DNA of 61,793 bases, the filler included, from Dugesia japonica (lineage: Eukaryota): NCBI GenBank assembly GCA_001938525.1. It is 6 parts of 6 records of this genome, joined end to end, with 100 filler letters (N's around TTAATTAATTAA, not from the genome) between each part and the next. Parts side by side here need not be neighbours in the genome. Positions count along the whole stretch, not along the records: positions 13,042 to 21,469 come from MQRL01618816.1; positions 21,570 to 30,993 come from MQRL01617961.1; 4 more parts are not named here. One strand, given 5' to 3'. The notes under the pieces were generated by a model that worked only from the letters and a program-made list of their open reading frames with translations, made no database searches and had not been told where the DNA came from. The position numbers were made by a program, and so were the translations under genes. Shown piece by piece: positions 13,121-25,215 of this stretch (position 1 is the stretch's first letter; each line of letters starts with the position of its first letter).

Positions 13121-14202
13121 ATTGGTCTGCCGTGCAATATGTGGTACGAAATATTTGTTTTCTGTTCAGCTTTAACTAATCCTACCCATTCTACTTTTAT
13201 ATATCACCCGCAAAATCTTCCCTCTTTAAGAATCTGTATAATTTTTCTGATACTTTTCCGATATTTTCCCATGTTTTGACCCTCTGAGGATAATCAATTA
13301 CTTTATTTAACAATAGACGGCTCCAACAAACTCCTCTACTAGTAGAGCCCTGCCTTTTGGNNACTGCCCCTCGGAATCACTTTCATATACTTCTTCATAT
13401 CCATCGTTTGTATTAACATATTCATCTTCAATCGCATGTACTCGATTATATTTTGCTTTAGTATCGCTTTAGTATTTGCTTTAGTATGACCAATCTTATG
13501 ACATAACCAACATTCTATATTTCTTTTTCTTTCTTTTATCCACATGTCTATTCACGGTATGATTTACAGGTTTCTGATAATTTTGACTTGTAACTGTCGC
13601 GTAATTTGTAACTGCATTAACTCGATCTCTGTTTTTTCTACTCGATCTACTAATGTCATTGTTTCTTCAATTTTTTCTATATTCTCTTGTTTTCGCAAAG
13701 TTACTTCTTCTTCAACTTTTTTGTTATCTGAACAATATACTNNNATCTTTGCTACCATTTTTTCCTTAGTAAAATCTTTATTTGTAAATAATCTTTTTAC
13801 TAAATCTTTTACATTTTTAAAATAAACCTGAATCTCTTCATTTATACGCCTGTAGTTAATCAAATTTTAAAAACCTTTGATAACATCTTTTTCTTTCTCA
13901 AATGACTTATGTAAACGAGCCTAAAAACCTTCATTGTTTTTCAACGTCTTTGCATATTCTTCCAACAAATCTTCATCTAGCAAACAAGAGACTAATCTCT
14001 CCTGTTGTTTCTCATGAGTGATGTTTTTAGCTTCAAAATACAATTCACATCGCTTGATGAATTTCTCAATATCATCTCCTCTGTAGACAATTTCCGGCAA
14101 TAACCTCTCTGAAATAGAATCGGTATTTACTTCTGCCACCATGTTAGGTAAATCTTCAATTGTTGATTCATTTTGCAAATCAAAACTAATATTTTGAGAC
14201 AT
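13121..14202 (-). pseudogene. Ty3/gypsy gag (with zinc knuckle) and start of the protease region
   Basis: DIEKFIKRCELYFEA (gag-like), a coiled coil, and ECWLCHKIGH (degenerate CCHC). CVGLVKAEQKTNISYHILHGRP is homologous to MIGIIKEKQNAEISYDKMQGRL upstream of the protease at 16394. Confidence 0.75.
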
Positions 14203-15954
14203 TATTTATTTTACTACTACAACTCTGTTATTTGGAAATAATTATTATTGAAAAGAACTGATTTAAACGTTTAGCCGAATTAACTCACTTTCTATTGGCT
14301 AAAAATATTAAATGATAATTATTTCCTTATAGTGAGTATGCTGGGTGAGGTAGACTGTCATCGCTTTACTGAATTAGCGTTTGTTAAGTAGATTCTGCAA
14401 CAATCCGTCCGAGTATTTTTATGGAGAAGTAGGGACTTCTTTATTTTGACAAGACCAGAAAGGTTCAGTTTCAGGCTTTGATTCATTCCTTTGATTTAAT
14501 TATAATATTTCTTTGCTGTAATGGCTTCACTAGTTTTCAAGAAGATGTAAGGATCAGTGTTGTAGAATAATAACTTTCCATTGAAGCAGCTCTAGCTTAG
14601 GAAAATGTTTAGGAACTTCATATTAATTAATCTTTAAGCAGAAAACTCAAGGGTTGCCGTACAGTATTCACTTTTCATTGCGCGTCACAATGGAATTAAG
14701 AAAAAATTAATGCAGACGATACCTTCAAAATACGATTTTTTTTTTAATTTCTGTCCATTCGTGAAGTAAGAAATTTGAGAAACTTACTTAATTTTCTAAT
14801 TTCTCACAAATGTTTAAAAAAAGTCCATGGGTAAAACGTTTTATTCAAAAGCAAGATTCCGAACAGTTGAATTCGGATCAATTTCTACTAACTTTTTCAA
14901 TTGATCATTGTCAATTGTAGGGTTCTGTCAAACATTCAGCTGTATATTTGCTTTTTGTCTCTTTACTTATTTATACGATTGATATTTCGAACGATTTGCT
15001 CAACTTCTATTACATTCTGTAAAGTTATAGCAAATTTATTCTTATTTCTTTATCCAGCGTAAAATTTAAATAATTTACTTAAATTTTAAATTTTTAAATT
15101 ANNNTAAATAAATTACTGTTTTCACATTCAATATTATAAATTCAAAATAAAATTAAAAATAATAAAATATTTCAATCAACGAAAAATGCATCTAAAACAA
15201 AATCTTTCGTTAAACAATCGAGTAATTAATTATATTAATTTACGGATGATGAAGCACTAATATGAATTAATTAATGCATTATCAGTTTATGCGCATTTAT
15301 GCATACAAAATACAATTTTTTATCAATTTATTATTATCAGTATTTAAATACATTAAATGAAAAAAATAATCAAACAAAACATTTGATACAAATTGAGTCT
15401 TATCAGATTTGCTTTGACTTTCTAGGTTTTCTTTTGAACTAATAAATATCTTTAAACTCCATTAAGATAATATTTATAAAATTTCTTGTTATAAAAATTT
15501 TTTCTTAAATATAAAGTCAACTTTTACATTATGAATACTAATTTACATTTTATTTTATAAGCAAATTGTCATTTTTAACAGAATTTTAGTTAATATTTGA
15601 ATTAATCATTTATTAATGGCGTATTTTTGTTTTAATCATTGAAATTAACTGATTTATTTTTCTACTGAAGTACATTTTGATTTGCTTTTTTTTAATTATT
15701 TTAAATTTAAAGCCATTTTAAAAGAAACTTTCAAACATTGTGATTTTTATTTAATCAACCGAAAAAAAACTTTAATCAAATTGATTTGAAATTATTTTTG
15801 TACATAATTATCATATTTGAAATCTAAATATTTTTTATTGATTATTTTGTTTTTTTTTAAATAGAACTAATTGTATCATTATAATTATTTTACTTTATTT
15901 ACTGTTNGAAATTCTTCATTATTATTTATTTCTTTGCAGAGAATTTGTGAAATA

Positions 15955-16070
15955 TTAGGTCGTCCCATATGAAATGGCAGTTTTTAAATTGTAACTAAAC
16001 GAAATCATAAAGAGCTCTTAAAAACATTTTATTCATCAAAGTATTTTCCAATAAACTTTTGCCATCGACT
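15955..16070. mobile_element. Mariner-like terminal fragment
   Basis: TA|TTAGGTCGTCCCATATGAAATG mariner-type terminus followed by short degenerate sequence. Confidence 0.35.
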
Positions 16071-16369
16071 TTNAGACAGCCAATTCTTCAGCTATTTATC
16101 GAATAGGCTTTTGCAGATTGGCTTCAACAGCTATTTTTAAATGATGGCAGTTTATATATTATACTCATGGCAGTATTTGGTCTTCCAAGGTCATCATTTT
16201 TCATGATGAGGCTACCTGCTTAAGCTTCGTTTATATATCTTTGTGTTGATCTTTCGCTTACAGTGCTATCATACCGTTCATAGTTAATATTGTTAGTTGC
16301 TTTCGATGCTTTAGTATAAATTCATAAAGCATGCAAACCCGAATATGTTGTTCAACCCTGTTCTAGTAA

Positions 16370-19346
16370 ATACGAAAAGCTAACAAAGCAGAAATGATAG
16401 GAATAATTAAAGAAAAACAGAATGCAGAAATTTCGTATGATAAAATGCAAGGGAGACTCAGCATTTCAGTGATGATCAAGGGTGAACAGTTTGATTGTTT
16501 GTTGGATACAGGAGTAAGAAGAAATGTGGTGAACTTGAAAGGACTTAATAGACTCGGAGAAACAATGGTAAAGAAAATCTAGGAACGATTGCATTGTGCA
16601 AAGAACAGCTCATTAGAGACGATTGGAAAGATACGTTTCGAAGTTATAGTTTCAGAGGTGAGCAAGGATACTAACATTTATAATAGTAGAAAAATTAATA
16701 CCAGATCTAATTGGTGGAGTGGAATTTCAGAATACTTTTGGGTATCATCTTCAGAAAACGTGAAGGGTAGACATCAATAACCATCGAGAAAAATTTGTTT
16801 GCAACATCAAGGCAAAATTTGGAAGACAAATACAGTCGGGTAAAAGATTGAGAGATGCCATAGAGATTCTGGGAATTAACAAAGATTATAGATTGATTGT
16901 GATTATTCAGAATAATGAGGAAGTATTTATGTCGGATTTATGGGACATTGGATGTACACACTTAACGAAGCATCAAATAATCACGAAAGGAGGTCCAATT
17001 AACATAAAACCGTATCGCCAACCAATGAATCTAGAGGAAAAGATTGAAGATGCCATCAAGAATCTATATGATAATGATATCATCTGAAGTGTAATTTGCA
17101 ATGGAATACGCCATTAATATGTGTTTGGAAAAAGGAAAAAAAGGAAATGCGATTATGCTTAGACTTTAGATAGCTCAATGCAATAACAGAAAGACAAGAT
17201 TTTCCTATGCCAAATGTGGACGACATGCTAGATGCTTTGGAAGGTACGCAGTAGTTTAGCTCAATAGACTTGGGAAATGCATACTACCAAGTGAATCTCA
17301 GTGGCGATTCTCAAGAAAAGACAACTTTTTCGACCAAACAAGGGCAATTTTGTTTCAATAGAATGTCTTTTGAAATTGCAGTTGCACCAGGTACGTTCCG
17401 GGAAATGATGAATAACGTAATCGGAAAAATAAAAGGAGCGATGGTTTATTTAGATAATATTCTCATATTTACCGAAACAAAAGAGCAACACTATGAAATA
17501 ACCAATAAATTATTCACAGAAATTAAGAAAGCTGGTCTTAGAGTTAATCTGGAGAAATTTCAATTCAGGCGAAAGGAGATCAAATCTTTGGGACACGTTA
17601 TCAGTAAAGAAGGTTTCAAAACAGATCCAACTAAAATAGAAGCAATTAAGAACTTCGGTAAACCAAACTGCGTTAAGAAAATGAGAAGCTTTTTGGGAAC
17701 TTGCAATTACTATCGAAAGTTTATTAAAGATTATTCAAAGAAAGCTAGATTACTGGAACAGCTGTGTAGTTGGCCAAGTAACAAGTAAATTGAATAGATA
17801 AATGAATTAGTAGAAATTTTTAATGGAATGAAGGAGGCACTAATGATGTATCTAATATTATGTTTTCCAGATATATAAAGAAGCTTTATTTTGGACACGG
17901 ATGCGAGTTTTGATACGATTNNNNNNNNNNNNNNNNNNNNNNNNNNNNNNNNNNNNNNNNAGTAATTGCATATGAATCACACGCAATGACGAGTCATAAG
18001 AAAGGATATTGTATTAAACTGAAAGAATTGCTCGCAATTTACTACTTTTGTATTTATTTCAAACATTATTTATATGGAAAGAGATTTATCCTCAGAACAG
18101 ATCATGAAGCCATCGCGTTTATGCTAAGTACCAAGAATCCGATTACATCACAGTTTCAAACCTGGATTAATTATTTGAGCAGTTTAGATATAAAATTGGA
18201 ATAAAGAAAATGATTACTTCATACAAATCCTGATATGTTGTCAAGGAATAAATGTGGTACATGTACGCAATATTTAATGTCACATGAGGATCCCAAAAGT
18301 GGAAAATTAAAAACAATGATGTTAAATACAGTAGATATTCAAGAAAAACAGTGCACTTTTTGTGAGAATGATGAATAAACATGGATACCTGATGATAAAG
18401 TAAAAGAGGTTATAATGAGGATACACCATCTTTTGCGTCATGCTGGAGCAGAAAAAGTAGCTGCGTATATGAAGCATAAATATAACGTGAAACATTTGTG
18501 TAGCAAAGTACAAGAGATTGTCCGAAGTTGTATAACATGTCAAAAAGCTAAAGTGTTGACAAAAAAAATGAAGGAAGAAACAAATAAGACGCAACCAGCC
18601 AAAATGTTTGAACTGTTATTTATAGATGTATATGAACCACTGCTGGAGACAAGAGGTCTAAAGAATTATATTCTAGGTATAATAAACCAATGCAGTAAGT
18701 ATGAAGCCTTGATAGCAATGACGAGACAAGATGAAGATACCATCCGGAAAGTAATATTTGAGAAGTGGATTTAAAGTTCGGGTGTCCGAGAGAAATTCGA
18801 ATTGATTGTGGAAGAGCATTTGAGTCCAAATAAATGAAATATTTTGCAACTGAACATGGCATTACCCTCAGGTTTTTGAGTCCATATCATTATAAAACAA
18901 ATGAGCAAATCGAGAGGCAATTTAGAACTATGCGGGATACGAATAATGCAACGCTTAAAGAAAAGATAACTTCAGATTGGGCAGATGTATTACTAGAGAT
19001 AGAATTTACCTTAAATGCTACAAAACAGAAAACTATCGGGGAAAACCAAGCTGAAATCGTATTTGGGAAGAGAATAAGCAGAGAAAAATAGTATGAAACC
19101 AATACTCTAAGAGGGCACAAAGAACAAGAAGAATAAATATTGACCAAAAGACAATTCGAGATCGGTGATGAGGTCTTAGTGAAAGCTGAAACAAGAAACA
19201 AGAGCCAAGATCGTTATGAAGGACATTATAAGATCAAGTGGAAGATTCATGGCAGACTTTACATTCTGGAAGATACAAACGGGAAAAGACTTAAAAGAAA
19301 CGTGGAGAAGATCAAAATATTTCTTAAAAAGGGGGATAAAAGATAG
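16370..19346 (+). pseudogene. Ty3/gypsy pol (protease, RT, RNase H, integrase), multiply disrupted
   Basis: LLDTG (PR); PINIKPYR, RLCLDFR, AYYQV, MVYLDNILIF (RT); ILDTDAS, KELLAI, LRTDH (RH); H..HAG..C..C, SPYH..NEQIER, GDEVLVK (IN). The domain order is gypsy. Confidence 0.93.
19326..19336 (+). promoter_or_regulatory. Polypurine tract of the gypsy element; degenerate 3' LTR probably follows
   Basis: AAAAAGGGGGA at the end of the integrase. Confidence 0.6.
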
Positions 19347-21469
19347 TTTTTTTAAAGAACAGATTTAAATTTTTTGTCTTTAAAAACGGAATTTAGTAAA
19401 AATAGATTTTTAAATTTGTTTGTTTAATTAAGTAATGATGATATAGTTTGGATTTTAATAAAGTGTTGTAAATAATTCGAATTTTGATATTGATGATACG
19501 ATGAAATAATAAAACTAAATACCACCATTTCTTGATAGTTTCAGAGCATTTGTTAAATTTTGCTGGTTGCATATTTTAAATAAATGAAGCATGATATTTC
19601 CGTCGAACTTTTATTTTTGGGATAGCAAAAATTGTATATAGTTATTAATTTTCTTTTACTAAAGTAAATATTTGATTTTTACTGAATAACTTTAGGAAAA
19701 TACATNNNNNNNATATATATATATATATATATATATAGTAAATAAGAAACCATTAAACTTGACATGATGAGGGTCTTAGATTATTGAACTAATTTTAATA
19801 GAAAAAATCAGATTATTCAATTTCAATATTTGAAATGCATTATGAAATTTATTAATAAAATGTTTTAAACATCATTTTTAGAAATATTCTTTAACAAATA
19901 TAAACATTATTTTTTGTATTTGTAAATATTACATTTATATGTAACTGTAAATAAATTTCAATATGATAATAATAAAAATAAACACATTTTCATTAACACA
20001 AAGCCTATTTAATGAATTCTTTTAATTAACTTACAATTTTGATATTTAATATTTCATTTTTTAATTACTTTAAATCAGGACAAAATATTTTTCATTAAAA
20101 AATCTATTGAAAATTGGCTTATACCAAGAACGAATTTATAATAATAATTTTTTCTATAATTTTACTTTCCCTTATACATGAATCAATTTTAATAAATGAA
20201 ATTATTATAACTTCATAACAATTGTTACGTTTGATATATAAAAATTATTATAATTATTGTTGTTATTATTATAATTATAATTAAGATTATTATTATTATT
20301 ATTATTATTATTNNNNNNNNNNNNNNNNNNNNNNNNNNNNNNNNNNNNNNNNNNNNNNNNNNATTATTATTATTATTTTTATTATTATTATTATTATAAG
20401 GAAATAATTATTATTTAATATTTATAGCCAATAGAAATTGAGTTAATTCAGTACTATTTTTTAATCAGTTCTTTTCTGTACTTATACAGAAATAATTGTT
20501 TTCATATTGAATTTATTTTAGATTTATTGATTTGTCTGATGAAAATTCATAAGTTTCGATCATCTTATTAATAATTTATAAATATAGTTTGAAATTTTAA
20601 CTAATGGAAATTGGAAATTTCAATTTGAAAGCAACATCGTATTCTCAATTATTAGATTCTTNNNNNNNNNNNNNNNNNNNNNNNNNNNNNNNNNNNNNNN
20701 NNNNNNNNNNNNNNNNNNNNNNNNNNNNNATAATTATTTGTTAGTGGAAACTAAACAATTTCATTCTTCAACTGAAGTGCATTTGTAGATGCATTATTTA
20801 AAATTTTTAACTGATGATTTGCTTTATCGTTTTTTTTTAATTTAATTTATATTTTTTATATTATATTGATTTTTTGAAATTTAATTTTATCATGTCTAAA
20901 ATTTTCTTTTTTAAATTTTCTTTTTTTCTAATTTTTATATATTAAAATGATTTGTTATTCATAAACTAATACGATTGGATTGTTATCTAGAATTAGGTTA
21001 TACAAATATTTTTTATCAAAAATAAAAATAGTAATTTTATTCTTGAATATTCTAATAAATTTGCATTATTTAAAAACCTATTTAACAATATTTTGATTAA
21101 TTTAATATTCTTTAAAGTAAACTAATTATTAAAAATGCAATTTTTAAAAAATATTAATAATAAATTCAAAAACTTCAGTGATGAGGATTTTTGCATTTAA
21201 ATTAGAGGTTGTTTTGTTGTATTTGATTGAATATGTGAAAAAAATATTTTTCAATTGTTCTTTAACATCAATAATTTCAATGAATTATTCAATCAAAATT
21301 GTTATTGTAAAGTTTACTGTAATAGAATTTAATTATAAATTTCTAAGACTATAAGAAATATTATTTTCATAATAGATTAGACGAAAGAAATTTTGAATAC
21401 TGAAAATTATACTTGAAAATCAAAGGAAAATCAAATAATTTAAATATAATTTAATAAAATGTAAATAAT

Positions 21470-21569
21470 NNNNNNNNNNNNNNNNNNNNNNNNNNNNNNN
21501 NNNNNNNNNNNNNTTAATTAATTAANNNNNNNNNNNNNNNNNNNNNNNNNNNNNNNNNNNNNNNNNNNN
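21470..21569. other. Artificial contig linker
   Basis: N44-TTAATTAATTAA-N44. Confidence 0.97.
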
Positions 21570-21848
21570 TTTGAGAATGGAAATCTTTATTACACTGATA
21601 TTCTAGGAATCAGTAAGTCGACAACATCTGAAAATCAACCCGACAGTAGATCCAATGAACTTTCTCGCACGAAATTAATAGCTCTATTGTACACGTTTCC
21701 ATCTCTAGCAGAAATCATATTTATTGACAACTCTATCGATAAATGTCGAAAAGTAAATGACCACATTAATTACCTACAATCAGAAAAAGACTTCCCAAAG
21801 AATATTTCTTNCGACGGCAGAATAATACCCGATGAAGTAGATGGATAG
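21570..21848 (+). CDS. 5'-truncated open frame, unknown protein (possible HAD-like C-terminal motif)
   Basis: 92 stop-free codons from the contig edge: FENGNLYYTDILG...RTKLIALLYTFPSLAEIIFIDNSIDKCRKV...DEVDG*. Not in the ORF track because it has no early start codon. Confidence 0.45.
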   Translation, partial: FENGNLYYTDILGISKSTTSENQPDSRSNELSRTKLIALLYTFPSLAEIIFIDNSIDKCRKVNDHINYLQSEKDFPKNISXDGRIIPDEVDG

Positions 21849-21850
21849 TT

Positions 21851-22162
21851 TTACTGCAAATTACACAAACCCTCATTCTCGTGTCATAGCCACTCGACTT
21901 CTGCTTCAAGTTTTCATATTTGCATACCCTGGGCTTCATCTCTTCGAGTATACACTATATTTTGCTTCCTCAAAGTGGAAACCTCTACTGCTAGCATAGC
22001 TATCTTCTCCTGCAGGGATAGACAGGTTTGGGACCAGTTGGTGGTGGTTGCCAGTTGACTGTCTGTACTAGCGGAAAACTGCACTGCCGTGCCAACCGTT
22101 AGGCTGGGTCAATTATTAAAGAGCTGTCGATTTCGGGTCAGTTCTGGAGCATTTTCGTTCAT
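21851..22162 (-). pseudogene. Small coiled-coil orphan ORF (104 codons) with three in-frame TGA
   Basis: ccctttAG|ATG start; MNENAPELTRNRQLFNN*PSL...LQEKIAMLAVEVSTLRKQN...QI*KLEAEVEWL*HENEGLCNLQ*. Converges tail-to-tail with the 21570 frame. Confidence 0.5.
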
Positions 22163-23285
22163 CTAAAGGGGTATTGATTATTTCGACTTAATCTATAGAT
22201 TCTTTATGCGTTAACAAACTGTGTAATATGATCCTAATATTAGTAGTAAAGTCACGGACAGGGCAAATTATGATAACTATGATGATAGATGCGTTAATGT
22301 TGTTCTAAGAGGAGATTGGTCATTATAATTTCAGTATCTGGCGTGAAATGTCTCAACAATAACGGCAATCGTTGGTATCACGTGTGACTATATTAAGTTT
22401 AATAACTGAGTGGTCAATAGTTCTGAAGTTAATAGTAATAAAAGACATTAGCATGTTTGCACCTATGGTGAGTAGAGAAATTAATAATAATATTAATTTA
22501 ATCATAAAGGTATACTATACTACTAACTATATCAATTGCAAATAACGATACTAGATATGTAATATACTATATAGTAAAATTGTTAAATTTATGGTAGTTT
22601 CAATTTTTTGAGTAGTTAATAAAGACTATAGTTCATATCTAGAAATTTATAATAACCAGTGGCCTGAAGCAAAATTGTAATAATGGGAATAACAGTAGTT
22701 ACCTATATTAATAATGGACGTTGGTGTTTACAATGTTAATAATGAAAATAATAATTTCTTCTTTAGCTTTGTTGAAAATATACTCATTTACTTCCATTCG
22801 GGTTCCTTTGAATCTACAGAGGTACGGGCACCAGGATATGACAGATGGGCGGAAGGGCATGGTGAAGTATACAAAGGCAAACCAAGCGAGATCTTCTTTC
22901 AGAAACCTACATCTGATATGAACTTAGGATCGGGATCTCCAACGTTCATACCAATAAAATGTGTGCTAGCAAATTTCGTAAAAGGTGGTAGCATATTTAT
23001 AGAAAAAAAGAATGTGTGATAAGAAAGCGGAGCAAACGTGTAAAAATTGTAAATTATAAAAATCGGAAAAAAATTAAAAAATTACGAAAAATACAAAAAC
23101 AGTGAAAGTAGTCAATAACTAAAGAAAATACAAAAACATATACACAGAAAGAATGAATTATTACAATAATTACCCAGTCATACCATTCCCAGAAACTAAG
23201 CAACCAAGAAGATGGAGGAAAGTTGAAATCGAAATTCGAAAATAAACAAGAAAAGAAAAGGTAATAAAATAAATTTTCGTAGTAA

Positions 23286-23905
23286 ATTATTAAACGAATT
23301 AATAATAGATTATTAAACGATTTAATAATCCAGCTAGTATAAAAAATTGTTAAACGAATTGATAATGGATTTTTAAACGATTTAATAATCTAACAAATGT
23401 TAATAATTCTAATAATAATAATTAGAGCAATAATTCTAAAATCTTTGCTAACCGAGTAACCAAAATAAATTTATTAAACGATTTAATAATTTAACAATCT
23501 AACACAAAATTATTAAACGAGTTAATAATTAGCCAAATATTGTTAAGCGCATTAATAACCAACAAGTTATTAAACGTATTAATAATGAATTATTAAACGA
23601 TTTAATCATCTAGCTAAAGTCAATCTAGTTAATAAGTATTAAAACCTTATTTAACGAATAGATAACTATAATTAACTTTTGAAACAACGTATCAGTATTG
23701 TAGTAAAATGATAATTGATTTATCATTGGAATAATTATAAAACAAATTAATAAACTAAATCAAGAATCGAATTATTAAACGAATAATTAATCTTTCAGTT
23801 TTTGTAGCATCAGAATTATCAAATACAAATTATTAGACGAATTAATGATTTTACAAATATTAGGCTGTATTTATTTCTTCCATAATTATTAATCGCTTTA
23901 ATAAT
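23286..23905. repeat. Array of about 13 imperfect palindromic 21-mers, consensus ATTATTAA-ACGAW-TTAATAAT
   Basis: Copies start near 23286, 23309, 23346, 23369, 23470, 23509, 23539, 23566, 23589, 23646, 23771, 23829 and 23885. Spacers range from 2 to about 100 bp. Confidence 0.9.
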
Positions 23906-23942
23906 TGTTCATTATAAATAATTATAACAAATGATCATTTAG

Positions 23943-24900
23943 ATGTCAAAATTATCAAATAACCAAAAAATACTCCGAGATCAAGCCGGACGGCTAAGAA
24001 ATAAATTATGTGCCGGAAAACCTGCGAAAGAAGAAAGCTTAAAGAAAATCCCATGCAACAAAACTCAAAATGAATGGGCATCCACAATTCGAAAAGCCCA
24101 AAAATGGAAGTTGGAAGCAATGACGCTAAAATTGAGCAACCAACTACTGAACCACATTATAAACGAACAAACAAACCAGATAGAAGATGAGAAATCAAAG
24201 CAAAGAAGCGCTAAAGTTGCAGTGTCTTGTCTAAGAAGAAAGGTTGACGAATTACGATACGTCAGACACGCCAACAGAAATATCATAAAAGAGACCCAGC
24301 ATTGGAAACAGATGGCGATGCTCCGGGGTTACAACAAAAACAAAGTTGTAACTATCGATAAAAGGAAGAATAAAATAGAGGATCTCGAGGCAAAGCTACA
24401 AGCTGCACAAGAAAAATTAAGCAGATTAAAATCGAATGCAGATACGTTAAAAAAATGCAAAAAACCGAATATCAGAAATATGGTCGGAAATGAATATGCA
24501 AAGCATGTTGATAGCGGCCAATAAGGACAATAATAGATTAGATGCCACACTAGCCAGGCAAATCATGCAGCGAGCCACTACAAATTTAAAAAAGTATATT
24601 GTAGCAAACAAAGAATAGGAGGTCGCCAAAGAATGGAATGAAAAGAAGGAAAAAATGATTGAAAGCCTACGAACCAAAGTGAAGGAGCTTGCCGACAAGG
24701 AAGTAAAGTTAAAAGCTGATTATGAGCAGCAGTTAGAAAAGAAAGAAGAAGAGATACGATATCTGGAATATCTTCACGATACCATTTATAATACAATGGC
24801 AAATCAGAAGCTGCTTAAAAAAGACAATCGAACCAACGGACATGCCACTATCCAACAATCCTTACAAGAGACTTTTATCGAACAGTGTGATCATCATTGA
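23943..24900 (+). pseudogene. Basic coiled-coil orphan protein of about 318 aa, with one frameshift and one stop
   Basis: tcatttAG|ATG start. Removing one A from the A7 run at 24449-24455 joins ORF 23943 to ORF 24655, with a single internal TAG. Heptads IEDLEAKLQAAQEKLSRLK and IESLRTKVKELADKEVKLK. AATAAA lies at 24905. Confidence 0.6.
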
Positions 24901-25169
24901 CTTGAATAAACTATTGATAGACATGTTACAATAACTATCCAATTTTTGTGTTTATGTATATACTCATTTATATAACTTTCTTCTCTTGCTTCTTCTTGAT
25001 TATTCTTATCTTAGATACATGTAGTACCAATCTGTCAATCTATATAATTAAAAAATTCATGTAATTTTTATGATTTTATTTTTTTTTTGACTGCTATGCT
25101 CGGAACCAAATTCAATTCAATCCTAATCTATCCAATTCAAGTCAGTAGTCGAACTTTCTGGAATACTGA

Positions 25170-25215
25170 TTCGGGGACCGAATCTCAACGGGCCGCGGAG
25201 TAATCTGTTGGAACA
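25170..25215 (+). promoter_or_regulatory. Candidate PPT-region / 3' LTR junction
   Basis: TTCGGGGACCGAA-TCTCAACGGGCCGCGGAG-TAATC|TGTTGG resembles the TTCGxGGACGAA...GGGGAG.TG ending of many gypsy internal regions. The purine tract is imperfect. Confidence 0.35.

Noticed and set aside
20530-20565. Hammerhead ribozyme at CTGATGAAAATTCATAAGTTTCGA
   Set aside because: No GAAA after stem II and no convincing stems I/III. I found no complete hammerhead near the Penelope fragments by eye; an Infernal search would be needed.
22714-23019. 101-aa plus-strand ORF
   Set aside because: Low-complexity N-terminus, no motif, and overlapping frames are equally plausible; not supportable as a gene.
23286-23905. 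CRISPR array interpretation of the palindromic repeats
   Set aside because: Spacer lengths are irregular (2 to about 100 bp), repeats are degenerate, the context is eukaryotic and no cas genes are present.
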